Shown here piece by piece: positions 10,711 to 53,122 of a stretch of DNA of 64,000 nucleotides. Source of the DNA: Chiloscyllium plagiosum (taxonomy: Eukaryota); NCBI RefSeq assembly GCF_004010195.1, contig NC_057750.1:4816745-4880744 (forward strand). The letters run 5' to 3'. Positions within the stretch are counted from its first letter, which is position 1; every line of letters starts with the position of its first letter. Both the position numbers and the translations under genes were made by a program. The notes under the pieces were generated by a model. That model had not been told where the DNA came from. It made no database searches and worked only from the letters and a program-made list of their open reading frames with translations.

Positions 10711-13700
10711 GGGCATAAAGATGGAATTCAGCCTCAGTGTTTTCTCCATTATTTTTAAATTGTGATTATAAAATCATACACTGCATTTCTAAACTGGCGA
10801 AGTAAATTTGTCAATTAGAGTCTCTGGCCAGTGTTTCAGTGCTTCTGCTGGAGTGGCAATTACATGCATATATCATAAAAAAATATTTATCAATGCTTTT
10901 AATGGAAATGCTGACAAAGTATGTATTGTTTTTAATATGTAGATGTGTTAATGTTTATACTCTAAATTGTCCCTTGTAACAAAAATGAAAAGTTCAAACA
11001 TTGATTTATTGCACACCAGCTTTTAAATATATTTTCTGTACATGTTTGTGCAAATTCCAATTTTGAACTTTGAAATTTAATATTAATTAGATTGAGGAGC
11101 AGCCATGAATTTTGCCTTGATCTTCTGGCGCCATTGTTGCTGGTGTTTCAGTTTTGTACCCAAAAGCAGATCCTATCATAAAGACAGGTATCAAATCAAC
11201 CCAGTTGGTAAGATTAACCCCCACCTGTTGCCATAATTCTGATCCATACTCACTGTCCAACAAACCCTCTCCCCTCCTCCCAAAGTGACGGGAGACTATC
11301 TGCATTTTCCCCACCATATGGTTCAAGAGTTTCTTCTGCTCTTTCTGCCTGCCATAGGCAGGTAATTTGGAAGGATTTACAAATTGACACAGCCTATCAG
11401 ACCGTGTTGTTTTCAAGAACACTGATGGTCAGTGATACTATTGACTACATCTGGATATTTGAATAATGCTTTGACATAGGCATACCCGTGAATGGTGGAC
11501 TCTGCAAAAGTATCAAGAGAATGGCCAATGCTTGCTAAACTATGCACTATAGAATGAAGACCTTCAATAAGAAGGAAAATGAAATGTAAATCCTTTATTT
11601 CATTACTGGAAATGGAGAGAGGGAATATTGGAATTAATACACTTATCACAATTGTTAAGAAAGGAATTTTGAAAAATACATTTGCAAAAATACACTTGAA
11701 GAATATAATCCATGTAAAGATAATGATATGTAAACTGTAACAAGTGTCCCTTATTGTTAACATTAAACTATTACAAGCTAAAGTGTAATAGCAGAGTTGG
11801 AGCTGCAAATTGGAGACATTTGGTAAAGGTATAAAGACATGTTGGAAAACTGATATTCTTTAAGATTTAATTATTTTGGGCCATTTATAAAGCCATTAAT
11901 GATAAAAGATGCTGAAGAAGGCAAGATCACAGCTGAATAGGAGTAAAATAAAATCTAACATCTAAATCATAAAAGTAACAGACTTGAACTAAATTCAGAG
12001 AATGAGTGTTAAGCCCTCACTGTGAAATTTAGAGATCTGGAATTCAAACATCTGTACCAGCAAAAAGCAACCATGTAGTTTTTCAGATTATTGTTAAAAA
12101 CCCAACTGAATCATTAAAAGTTCTTTCAGGAAGAAAACCTGCCATCCTTAGCCAGTCTACATATGTAATTGAGTCCCACACCAACATGACTGACACTTAA
12201 TTGCCCTGAAGTAGCCAAGCATATCATTTCTTAAAGATGGCAAACCTAGCTCTATAATTAATTAAGATTAAAGTACGTACAGCGCAATGTTCTTGTTGAT
12301 GTTGTAGGTGCTATCCTGTTACTAATTGATAACCGGTCAAACTTAACAGGTCCTGGAACATTGGAGATTCTGTGGCAATTCAGCTAACCCTACATGCAAA
12401 TACTATTAAGAGGAAATGTGACACCAGCTGAACCAAGTATTCGGCAACTGCCTAGCATGTGGTGCTGCTTTAGCACAGTTACAGCCTGATGAGTGCAGCT
12501 TTTTACCACTGCTCAATGCTGGAAGCTTTATTGTAATAACATCAACCCACATTTGCGTAGCACCTCCAAAGTAGAAGATTGTCATTGGCAGCAGAAAATT
12601 TTAAACAGGGAAGACCAGAGCCTAGGCCATAAAGCTGGAAACAAAGAACACTCGGCCCTCTGAGCCTGCGCCAACGTTTTGCCCTTCCATACTAAAACTG
12701 TCTTCACTTACAGGATCTGTATTCCTCAATTCCCCTCCTATTCATGTATTTGTCTAGGTGCTTTTTAAATGTTGCTATTGTGTTTCCTTCCACCACCACC
12801 ACCTCTGGCAATGTGTTCTAGGCAATCTATCCTTTGTGGGTTGTCATTAATTGTGGAGTAATTAAAAAAACAGATGTGGGCAAGAAAATTCAAGAAACAC
12901 ACTGATTTGGAAAGTTTAAAAGGGTTAAGTTTTAAACTCTATTTTAATGTAAGACAAAACAACGCCCTATGAATGGTATGAAGTTCTTCTCTATGTGACC
13001 AAATCTTTATGGCTCTATTTCAGGAGCCCTGAAAAAGTCAGTATGAACTTTAACACATGGACATAGGAAAAGATGGATTTGTAGACTCGTCACTGAAACT
13101 AAAATGTTTAATTCATAAAAGGTGCTGCCAAGCCAAGAACAAGAAAAGGGCTGTTGTTGCTGAATCTCATGGGGAAGAGCTGGTGAGGATGAAACCCATC
13201 AATCACCATAGGAAGCCAAATTGATTATGCTCAAAAGGATGTCTGAAGAGGGTTTGGTTTAAAAGGACACAAAGATATACCTGAGCAAAGCAGGGAAAAA
13301 GCATCCAGGCAGAGTTTGACTTTAGTTGAGTCAATAGTGAGTGCACTATTTTATACACATCTACCCATGTAAATGTTTGACTTCATTATTGTGTAACTAC
13401 CCTTGTGAGTTCATAATTGAAAAAAATACCTCTGATCCATTATCTGCTTCCTGCCCAAATATAATACCCATGGATCTTGCCAGATCAGTTTCCTCCCACT
13501 CACATATTCTGCTTCCAACTTCCTCTCCTTGACTGCCAACTGCTTTGCTGCCTTAGTGAATTTTCTGACTGGTTTCTTCGGTTTCAAATTAGACAGCCAT
13601 ATAACCCAATCTTCCACTTCTGGTATTCACCATGACTGCAGCATACAATTTGCAAATCTGCTGTATGATTTGATCATCCAAATTCAGATCATGCAAGATA

Positions 13701-13826
13701 CCTCCCTTAGTTCTCACTGATCTTGCCATCATTATCATTCTCATAAGGATTACTCATTGTCTTTGAAAAGTAGACTCTGTTGTCTGTTGTTCTCTGTTGT
13801 CCCTTTCAAGATCTTTGCTGTTTTAC

Positions 13827-14446
13827 TGTTATTGACCAGACCAGACCCCCCAATATATTTGAAGAAAGTAGCCAAGACCCTAATTTTCTCTTATTTTAAA
13901 GATAGAAATGAAGTGCTATGTTCAAGTTGCAGTGTGTCTGATCAAACTACTCGATGCTAAGCAAAACACAATTTATTTAAGTGATATTGTTAAAATACAA
14001 ACAAAAGAAAGAGGAATTTAAATAACTATTGGAAAACTGAACTGAATAATAGATATAGTACCTACTATGATGTTCCGATATATTAATATCCCATAAACAC
14101 TCCCCTTTGGAAAAAGGTACATTCAGACATAGGTTTTCACATGCAAATCCCCAATCCAGGAGGAAAAAACCAAGAAAATTCAGAGAAAGTAGCAACTAGG
14201 AGACATTCACTGAAGCTTCCAACTGTGTCGAGAACCCAAAGACTTCTAATTAAAACTAAAAAAGAAAACTAGAAAGATGGTTTGTAAGAGCTGGCCACTC
14301 CCAGCTGCGTCTATTGTTCCAACTTTTAAAACAAAACCCAAAGGCCTCATAAATTGTTTACTTTCTTAGAGACAGCTCAACATCTCTGCCTTACAGCCTG
14401 TTGTTTAAGGACAAAATAACCACTTTAAAGAGACGGCATTGTCACA
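13827..14446 (-). mobile_element. Probable solo LTR
   Basis: TG...CA termini, internal AATAAA, 3' portion homologous to 42180-42324; near-TSD tttac/attac. Confidence 0.55.
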
Positions 14447-15324
14447 ATTACCATAACATTACCTCCACTGAAACCTACATCTGACCTACAATTAAATTTT
14501 ATTGCATATTTTCTCACATCTCTGCTGCCTTCCTACCATCTGATATATTGTTTTTTTTAAAATGAAGTCATTATATTTTGAAACTTTCCATGGTCTTTAC
14601 TGCCCTACCTTCACAAGCTCTTTCATTTGAGTGTTCCATACAATGCTATCTGGTTTTCTAATATTAGCCGAGGGTCCTTATGTCCAGTTTGCTAACAATT
14701 GTCATCAGCATTCTTCCTACCTGCCAAATCCTTCTCAAAATCTGTGTTTTTGATTTACACCTTCATCTATTTCCCACAAACACCTCTCCTACTGATAAAA
14801 GTAGAAGAACATATATGAGAGAAAGGCTGATGTAGAGCAAAAACAGTGGCATTGGCCAGTTTGAATCAGTGCTGTAGATAATGTCCAGTTTCTTTGACTA
14901 TGTATTAATATTCCTTGTAGGGATGGTTCAGTATCTTTACAGATGGGCAAGAATGAACCAAAAAAAAATCACCTAATGAGAATTTATAAAGAAATTTGTT
15001 GCATTCAGAAAAGTTTCAGATTGTACAGAAATATTCCTGACATACTTAGAATCTCAACTGTTTACAGATTTGTGCGAGGGTTCATTAGTCCAATTATGAG
15101 GCAACATTTGTGTCTGAATCAGATCTTGTGCATTGTTTCCATTGTCATTTTTAGGAGATCAGCTTTTCCTCTGTTGTGTTATTGTTGTCACAGCATTAAA
15201 GGCTTTGTTCTCCTGGGTGTATTGTGATATGGCGTCAAGGTAAATTTCCTCCTCGCTGCGTAGGTCTGGCCAAGTTGGCCATTAATAATCTCAAGTTATG
15301 CATGATTGAAGAGCGGAGGGGGGA

Positions 15325-15374
15325 GGGTCAATTCGCTGCTCTATTCTGCGGGTCAATTCGCTGCTCTATTCTGC
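15325..15374. repeat. 25-bp tandem duplication
   Basis: gggtcaattcgctgctctattctgc twice. Confidence 0.9.
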
Positions 15375-15604
15375 AGCGGTACTTGGGCCTGCAAGTCACT
15401 AGATAGAGAGCATGTAGTTTTCCTGATATCCTATATTGATAGGTCAGCAAACTGGAGTACGTAATTTGTAACAGGTAAAATTTGCTTTAATTTGATAGGT
15501 ATGTTTTCATATCGATTGGATTGTATTATTTAGAACCTTTTACAATGTTGGCTTTGACTCGGAAAGTTTTCAACAACCGGGTTGGCGAAGCACTTTAATC
15601 ATTG

Positions 15605-15950
15605 AATTCCCTACAGAGTGGAAAAAGGTCCTTCGGCCCAACAAGTCCACACTGACCCTCCGAAGAGTAACCCTCCGAAGAGTAACCCACCCAGACCCTA
15701 CACTATTATTCGATGTTTACCCCTGACCAATGCACCTAACCTACACATCCCTGAACACAAGGGCAAGTCAGCATGGCCAGTTCACCTACCCTGCACATCT
15801 TTGGATTGAGGGGGGAAACCGGAGCACCCAGAGGAAATCCACGCAGACACAGGGGGAATGTGCAAACTCCACACAGACAGTCATCCAAGGCTGGAATCAG
15901 ACCCAGGTCCCTGACACTGCGAGACAGCAGCGCTAGCCACTGTGCTGCCA
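15605..15950 (-). mobile_element. HE1-type SINE
   Basis: Reverse complement of the consensus. Confidence 0.88.
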
Positions 15951-16046
15951 TTTGTTTACATTGTTTCACCTTGAAGCCAGATGAGGCCCATTGCACATCA
16001 ACTAGAAGCTTCTCTCGCTCTTACCATGTGCCTGTCACGTAGAAGT

Positions 16047-16358
16047 GGGCGGCACGGTGGCACAGTGGTTAGCACTGCTGCCTCACGGCGCCATGAGACC
16101 CGGGTTCAATTCCCGACTCAGGCGACTGACTGTGTGGAGTTTGCACATTCTCCCCGTGTCTGCGTGGGTTTCCTCCGGGTGCTCCGGTTTCCTCCCACAG
16201 TCCAAAGATGTGCAGGTCAGGTGAATTGGCCATGCTAAATTGCCAGTAGTGTTAGGTAAGGGGTAAATGTCGGGGTATGGGTGGGTTTCGCTTCGGCGGG
16301 TCAGTGTGGACTTGTTGGGCCGAAGGGCCTGTTTCCACACTGTAAGTAATCTAATCTA
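16047..16358 (+). mobile_element. HE1-type SINE, young full-length copy
   Basis: CpG-rich intact head; tagaag TSD. Confidence 0.92.
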
Positions 16359-17422
16359 GAAGGATAATTACCAATTTGGATGCTTCAAATGTCCATGGAA
16401 TCCTAGAGTGGAATTGAAATCCAGAACTTCAGTTCAGAAGGCAGAACACCATCTAAATCCTAATATCATCCATTTTAAATATAAATTAGTCATTATTATT
16501 AAAATTTAATAATTTCTAAGTTTAAAAAGGCTGCTAAATAGAGAAATAGTTGAATTACTGAGTTCAGAAAACAGTAACATTGGTTCAGCTTCAATCAGAA
16601 TAGCTAATGGATGAATGCAACAGACATTGTTGCCTGTTCCTTGCTAAAATCTAAATGTTTGAATGCAAAGAGCTCATTGCAGTGTGATGAGAAGGGATCT
16701 AGCCAGAGTAAACTGCAGAGGTTGACAGGAAAAACCGATGGATCAATAGATAATCTTCAACAAAGAAATACATTAGATCAAATCTAGGTACATTTCAAAA
16801 AGGTGATAATGAGCAATAGTCAGAGCTCTTTGAATGAAGAAGGAGAGATCATGATGAAACAAAAAATTTAGGGAAAGCAATGCAAGTCAGATGAAGACTT
16901 TGTTGAAGGACCAGCTCAAAATACTATGGTTGAGAAGATGAAGAGGAAAATAAAGATTGGCAAAGACAAATTAAGACAATGCATTGACAGCAACATAAAT
17001 GGAAACTTGAGGGCACTGTGACATGGCACAGTGGTCATGTACCTACATCTAAGCCAGAAAGTCTGGGTTAAAGTTCCACCTGAGGATGAGATGCCCGCAG
17101 AATGTGTCATAGCACATTCAAACAGATTGATTCGATTAGATTACTTACAGTGTGGAAACAGGCCGTTCGGCCCAACAAGTCCACACCGATCCTCCGAACA
17201 GCAACCCACCCAAATCCAAAACTTTAAAAGGAGAACGCTAAAGTTATATCACCATGTAAATAGTGAGTGAATTGTATGTTGGGGGAAAAAAAAGAGGCGG
17301 AATATAGACTTAAAGAGCAGGGCAAGCGTAAGATACTTAGTTCTTTGCATTATTTGCACAGTACGTACAACAAAATATTGATAGAAGTGAAGAGATTTGA
17401 GGCAATGGATAATAGAAAAATT

Positions 17423-18864
17423 GAAAGTCACAGGTGAGGTGCCGGAAGACTGGAGATTGGCAAATGTGGTGCCACTGTTTAAGAAGGGCAGTAAAGACAA
17501 GCCAGGGAACTATAGACCAGTGAGCCTGACCTCAGTGGCGGGCAAGTTGTTGGAGGGAATCCTGAGGGACAGGATATACATGTATTTGGAAAGGCAAGGA
17601 CTGATTAGGGGTAGTCAATATGGCTTTGGGCATGGGAAATCATGTCTCAAACTTGATTGAGTTTTTTGAAGAAGTAACAAAGAATATTGATGAGGACGGA
17701 GCAGTAGATGTGATCTATATGGACTTCAGTAAGGCGTTCGACAAGGTTCCCCATGGGAGACTGATTAGCAAGGTTAGATCTCATGGAATACAAGGAGAAC
17801 TAGCTATTTGGATACAGAACTGGCTCAAAGGTAGAAGACAGAGGGTGGTGATGGAGGATTGTTTTTCAGACTGGAGGCCTGTGACCAGTGGAGTGCCACA
17901 AGGATCGGTGCTGGGTCCTCTACTTTTTGTCATTTACATAAATGATTTGGATGTGAGCATAAGAGGTACAGTTAGTAAGTTTGCAGATGACACCAAAACT
18001 GGAGGTGTAGTGGACAGCAAAGAGGGTTACCTCAGATTACAACAGGATCTTGACCAGATGGGCCAATGGGCTGAGAAGTGGCAAATTGAGTTTAATTCAG
18101 ATAAATGCGAGGTGCTGCATTTTGGGAAAGCGAATCTTAGCAGGACTTATACACTTAATGGTAAGGTCTTAGGGAGTGTTGCTGAACAAAGAGACCTTGA
18201 AGTGCAGGTTCAGAACTCCTTGAAAGTGGAGTGAGAAGGTGTTTGGTATGCTTTCCTTTATTGGTGAGAGTATTGAGTACAGGAGTTGGGAGGTCATGTT
18301 GCGGCTGTACAGGACATTGGTTCAGCCACTATTGGAATATTGTGTGCAGTTGTGGTCACCTTCCTATCGGAAAGATGTTGTGAAACTTGAAAGGGTTCAG
18401 AAAAGATTTACAAGGATATTGCCAGGGTTGGGGGATTTGAGCTATAGGGAGAGGCTGAACAGGCTGGGGCTGTTTTGCTTGGAGCGTCGGAGGCTGAGGG
18501 GTGACCTTATAGAGGTTTACAAAATTATGAGGAGCATGGATAGGATAAATAGACAAAGTCTTTTCCCTAGGATCGGCGAGTCCAGAAGTAGAGGGTGATA
18601 GGGGAAAGATATAAAAGAGACCTAAGGGGCAACTTTTCATGCAGAAAGTGGTATGTGTACGGAATGAGCTGCCAGAGGATGTGGTGGAGGCTGGTACAAT
18701 TGCAACACTTAAGAGGCATTTGGATGGGTATATGAATAGGAAGGGTTTGGAGGGATATAGGCCGGGTGCTGGCAGGTGAGACTAAATTGGGTTGGGATAT
18801 CTGGTCGGCATGGACAGGTTGGAGCAAAGGGTCTGTTTCCATGCTGTACATCTCTTTGACTCTA
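17423..18864 (+). mobile_element. 5'-truncated CR1-clade (HER1-like) LINE, reverse transcriptase remnant
   Basis: DWRLANVVPLFKKG, NYRPVSLTS, DFSKAFD, GVPQGSVLGPLLF, KFADD motifs with a frameshift and a deletion; typical 3' tail. Confidence 0.95.
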
Positions 18865-19520
18865 CTGTGAGGTGGCCTATGCTTACAGTTAAAGTGTGAC
18901 CTGGTCCAGATAGCTTGCATCCCAAGATGCTTAAGAAAGTAAGCTAATGATACTGGAGGGGATTGGCCTTAATTTATTTACCCAAGCTTCCCAGATAGAG
19001 GAAGATGTCAGAAGATTGGAAAATGACAAATATGAAAGCCTTATCATTTGAAAAGATGTCTCAATGATGATGAGCCAGCACAGATTTATTTTAAAAAAGC
19101 AGCCCATTCTCAACTAATTGAACTTTTAGGAAGTAATGGAGAAGATTGATGTGATACTTAGTTGAAATACATATCAAAAAGGTATCACAAAAGGCTTATT
19201 ATTTTCCTATTTCATATACCTCAATTTTGTTAAGAGTCCAGTTGGATTTTTTGAAAATTAGCTTAAAGATAGGAAGCATTAAATCATGGTACATTGTAGT
19301 TTATCAGACAGGAGACAGTTGGACAGTGATATTCTAAGGGCTTATGCCTACTCCTCAGATGCTGCCTGACCTGTTGTGCTTTTCCAGCACCACATTCTGA
19401 TGTGGTGCTGGATCTCCAGCATCTGCAGTCCTCACTTGCTCTTACTACCACAACTACTGCTTTTCATCCATGTAAAAGCAGTCCAATCTTGGTATACATA
19501 TTAAGATTTCAAAATTCCAC

Positions 19521-20493
19521 ACTGACTAGTGGAGTGCCAAAAGGATCATTGCTGAGTCCACTATTTTTCATCATTTATATAAATGATCTGAATGTGAGCT
19601 TAAGAGGTATAGTTAGAAAGTTTGCAGATTACACCAAAATTGGAGGTGAAGTGGACAGCAAAGAAGGTTACCTCCAATTACAACAGGATCGTGATCAGAT
19701 TGGCCAATGAGCTGAGAAGTGGCAGATGGGGTTGAGATAAATGCAAGGTGCTGCATTTTGGAAAAGCAAATCTTAGCAGGACTTATACACTTAATGGTAA
19801 GGTCCTAGGGAGTGTTGCTGAACAAAGAGATCTTGGAGTGCAGGTTCATAACTCCTTGAAAGTAGAGACACAGGTAGATTTAGTGAAGACAGTGTTTGGT
19901 ACGCTTTCCTTTATTGGTCAGAGTATTGAGAGGTCATGTTGCAGCTGTACAGGGCATTGGTTAGGCCGCTGTTGGAATATTGCGTGCAATTCTGGTCTAT
20001 CAGAAAGATGTTGTGAAATTTGAAAGGGTTCAGAAAAGATTTACAAGGATTTTGCCAGGGTTGGAGGATTTGAGCTATAGGGAGAGGTCGAAAAAGCTGG
20101 GCTTGTTTTCCCTGGAGCATCAGAGACTGAGGGGTGACCTTATACTGGAGAGGTTTATAAAATCATGAGGGGCATGGATAGGATAAATAGACACTGTCTT
20201 TTCAGGGAGGGGGGGGAAAGAGAGTCAAGAACTAGAGGGCATAGGTTTGGGGCGGGGGGGGGGGGAAGAGATATAAAAAGGGACAACTCTTTCACACAGA
20301 GGGTGGTACGTGTACAGAATGAGCTGCTGGAAGCTGGTACAATCACAACATTTAAAAGGCATCTGGATGGAGTATAAGAATATGAGGGTTTGGAGGGATA
20401 TGGGCCAGGTGCTGGCAGGTGGGTCTAGATTGGGTTGGGATATCTGGTTGACATGAACAAGTTGGACTGAATGATCTGTACATTTATGACTAG
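19521..20493 (+). mobile_element. CR1-clade LINE fragment
   Basis: GVPKGSLLSPLFF, KFADY, RLRGDL; same family as 17423-18864. Confidence 0.9.
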
Positions 20494-21245
20494 ACCTAAT
20501 AAGCTAGTCATGACTGATGGAATTTAATGCAGAGAAGTGCAAAGTGATGTATTTTGACAGAGGGGCAATATAGACTCCATAGCAGGCTTTGAAGGCTAGG
20601 AGATCTGTGGGTATAGATGTCAACCTTTAGAAGTGGCAGGACCTATTGGGTGTGATTGATAATGCCTACAGGAACCTTAGCGACATGAAGATGTTTTAGG
20701 TATGTAAATCAGGGAGATTATACTGAATATCCAGCTTAGGTTAGTCCCAAAATAAGAGATCAGCTTGGGATTGCCAAAATTTTAGAGCAAAGGAAATTGG
20801 AGATTTGATTTGGCAAACTTCCACAATCTGGGGAAGGAAAACATAGTACAAGGAACAATCTAATGCAAAGAAGAATCAAATGATTTGTGACAATAAAAAT
20901 CATTAAGATAGTAGTGAGATGTTACAATTGTAGCCACACTGAAGTATTGCACATAAGAGAAAATACTTTAAAAATCTTATCATCTACTGCTGCAGATTTT
21001 TTAATGGGCCTTAGGACCCCCCTACTTGTGCTGCTGGTGACTGGATCCTAAGGGGACTCCTTCACTGGTTGCCAATGCTCCATTCCTCTGCTGTCACAGA
21101 CAAGAGGAAGAGGTAATCAGCTTGGTGACCAGGAGCAGACAGGCCCAGGAGCTCAAATTATGCCTAACCTGCCACCAGCTTGATTTGTACAAATTTAAGA
21201 TTTTGGGGAATGGGGAAATAAAACATTCAAAAGTCTGAGAAGATT

Positions 21246-21745
21246 NNNNNNNNNNNNNNNNNNNNNNNNNNNNNNNNNNNNNNNNNNNNNNNNNNNNNNN
21301 NNNNNNNNNNNNNNNNNNNNNNNNNNNNNNNNNNNNNNNNNNNNNNNNNNNNNNNNNNNNNNNNNNNNNNNNNNNNNNNNNNNNNNNNNNNNNNNNNNNN
21401 NNNNNNNNNNNNNNNNNNNNNNNNNNNNNNNNNNNNNNNNNNNNNNNNNNNNNNNNNNNNNNNNNNNNNNNNNNNNNNNNNNNNNNNNNNNNNNNNNNNN
21501 NNNNNNNNNNNNNNNNNNNNNNNNNNNNNNNNNNNNNNNNNNNNNNNNNNNNNNNNNNNNNNNNNNNNNNNNNNNNNNNNNNNNNNNNNNNNNNNNNNNN
21601 NNNNNNNNNNNNNNNNNNNNNNNNNNNNNNNNNNNNNNNNNNNNNNNNNNNNNNNNNNNNNNNNNNNNNNNNNNNNNNNNNNNNNNNNNNNNNNNNNNNN
21701 NNNNNNNNNNNNNNNNNNNNNNNNNNNNNNNNNNNNNNNNNNNNN
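21246..21745. other. Assembly gap (500 N)
   Basis: Run of exactly 500 N, typical of a fixed-size scaffolding gap. Confidence 0.99.
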
Positions 21746-22208
21746 TAGACACAGCTCCAGGCAAGCAGGGAGGGAGCACTGTACTGTACCTGTGGACAGA
21801 ATGCTAACCTGAGGTCCTATTCGGTCTTTTAGGCAGCTCCTAAAGATCCCAGGAGCATTGTTCAAAGGAACACAGGGCAGATGGCCAGAGTGTCGTGGTC
21901 CAATAGTTAGACATAGACTTATCTAATCATTGCAGCATTGATATTCTTGGGACCTTACTGTGCACAAACCAGTGGTGCCATTTCCCAACATGCAACAGTT
22001 CAAAACTAGGCTGTGAAACACTTTGCTGTACTCTGAGGTTATGAAATGTGCGATATAAGTGCAAAATCTCTCTGTCTCTCTAGCCACTATATTACTGTAC
22101 ACTTTTAAGTTTTCAGTATGTGATTGGTGCTAGGATAGAGTTAATACAAGGTTAGTGAGTGAAGTTGGAAAATGGCTCCGCTGGAGCGTTTTTAGTCCTG
22201 GTACCCAC

Positions 22209-51359
<29,151 letters not shown>

Positions 51360-52449
51360 CGGCAATGTCTCTCTCTCTCTTCCCGCCGCCGCCGCCTTCG
51401 TCTCCCCTCCTAAACTGTTCGACCCCCAAATACTTCCGGGCGGAGGGACGTGGAACCCGAGGAAAGGTTCCGCCCTATGGGTTGGTGTGGTACAGTTGGA
51501 TGCTGTGCTGGGACCTGACCCTGGTGGCTATGTCCATCCGGTCGATAAGGAAGAGGACAGAGATAAAGATTATAAAGAATACAACGGCTGCGTTAGAGAA
51601 AACAATCATAACGTCCATGAGATGGGGGGGGGGGGGAAGAAAGCCTAGTGGCACCAGTTTTTTTCACACATTGAAACATCTTGGCAATGCCTAACCTGGG
51701 GGTGAGAAGTGATGGCACAATTAGAATTGTGACCTAGTCCCTGCATCTCTGCTCAGGAGGGTGTTGGGGGATGGCCTTAGTTCCAAAATTACCAACATCA
51801 AGGAAAATGCATATAATCAGCAAGAGAATCCCATTTTCCGAATCCTAAACAGCTTACCATTAGAATCCCTACAGTGTGGAAGCAGGCCAATAGAAACATT
51901 GAAGATTGCAGCAGGAGGAGGCCATTCGTCATGATCACTTATGATCGTCCAAATCAATCGTCTAATCCTGCTTTCTCCCCATGACCTTTGATCCCATCAC
52001 CCTAAGTGGTAGAAGTAGCCACCTCTTGAATACGTTCAATGCTTTGACATCAACGACTTCCTGTAGTATTGAATTCCACAGGCTACCACTCTCTTGGTGA
52101 AGAAATGTCTCCTCATCTCCATCCTAAATAATTCACTCCTAATCCTCAGTGTGACTCCATTCAGCCCAGCAAGTCTACACTGACGCTCTACAGGATTGAA
52201 GACCATCCTATCCTGTAAGCCGCCTCCTCGACCTAACCTTTCTTCCTTCCCACCTATCCACTCCACTGACTTATCACAATAAGTTCCTACTTGCATCCAC
52301 CTATCACTGTCCCACATAACTTACCCCTCCACCCCACCAGCCTCCTCTGAACTCCTTCCCTATCCCCTATTCCGAAACGTCGGCTTCTCCTCCTCCTGAC
52401 GCTGTCAAGCTTGCTGTGTTCTTCCAGCCTCCTGTTTGTCTGCATTTCT

Positions 52450-52672
52450 CATGGCTAATCCACCTAGGCTGCACATTCCTGGACAGTATGGGGCTATTTA
52501 GCATAGCAATCCACCCTAAACTGCACATCTTTGGATTGTGGGAGGAAACCAGAGCACCCGAAGGAAACCCACGCAGACACGGGGAGAACATACAAACTCC
52601 ACACAGACAGTCACCCAAGGCTGGAATCGAAGCTGCATTCCTGGAGCTGTGAGGCAGCAATGCTAACCACTG
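52450..52672 (-). mobile_element. HE1-type SINE
   Basis: Reverse complement of head and V-domain. Confidence 0.8.
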
Positions 52673-52867
52673 ACACCTAGTTTTGGATTCTCCTACCCTG
52701 GGGAAAAGACCTTGTCTATTTACCTTATACATACCCCTCCTGATTTTATAAACCTGCCAATGCTCCAACCTATTCAGCCTCTCCCTGTAGCTCAAACTCT
52801 CCAACTCTTGCAATATCCTTGTAAATCTTTTCTAAACCCTTTCAAGTCTCCGATTGAAAATTTGGCA

Positions 52868-53122
52868 TTGAGCGCCATGGACCCGGTTTGATTCCAGCCT
52901 GGGGTAACTGTCTCTGTGCAGTTTGCACATTCTCCATGTGTCTGCGTAGGTTTCCTTTGGGTGCTCTGATTTTTCCCACAGTCCATAGTTGTGCAGGTTA
53001 GGGTAGATTGGCTGTGGTAAGTTAAGGATTATATAATAGGGAGTTGGATCTGGATGGTATGCCATTTGGAGGGTCAATGTAGACCCAATGGGTTTAATGC
53101 CCTGCTTCCACACTGTGGGGAT
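52868..53122 (+). mobile_element. HE1-type SINE (diverged)
   Basis: V-domain and tail. Confidence 0.75.

Noticed and set aside
16047..16125. tRNA gene
   Set aside because: tRNA-like head of an HE1 SINE, continuous with SINE body and tail
17397..18598. Host reverse-transcriptase gene
   Set aside because: Frameshifted, truncated CR1 copy with many relatives in the window
21195..21865. Long ORFs of X residues
   Set aside because: They span the N gap
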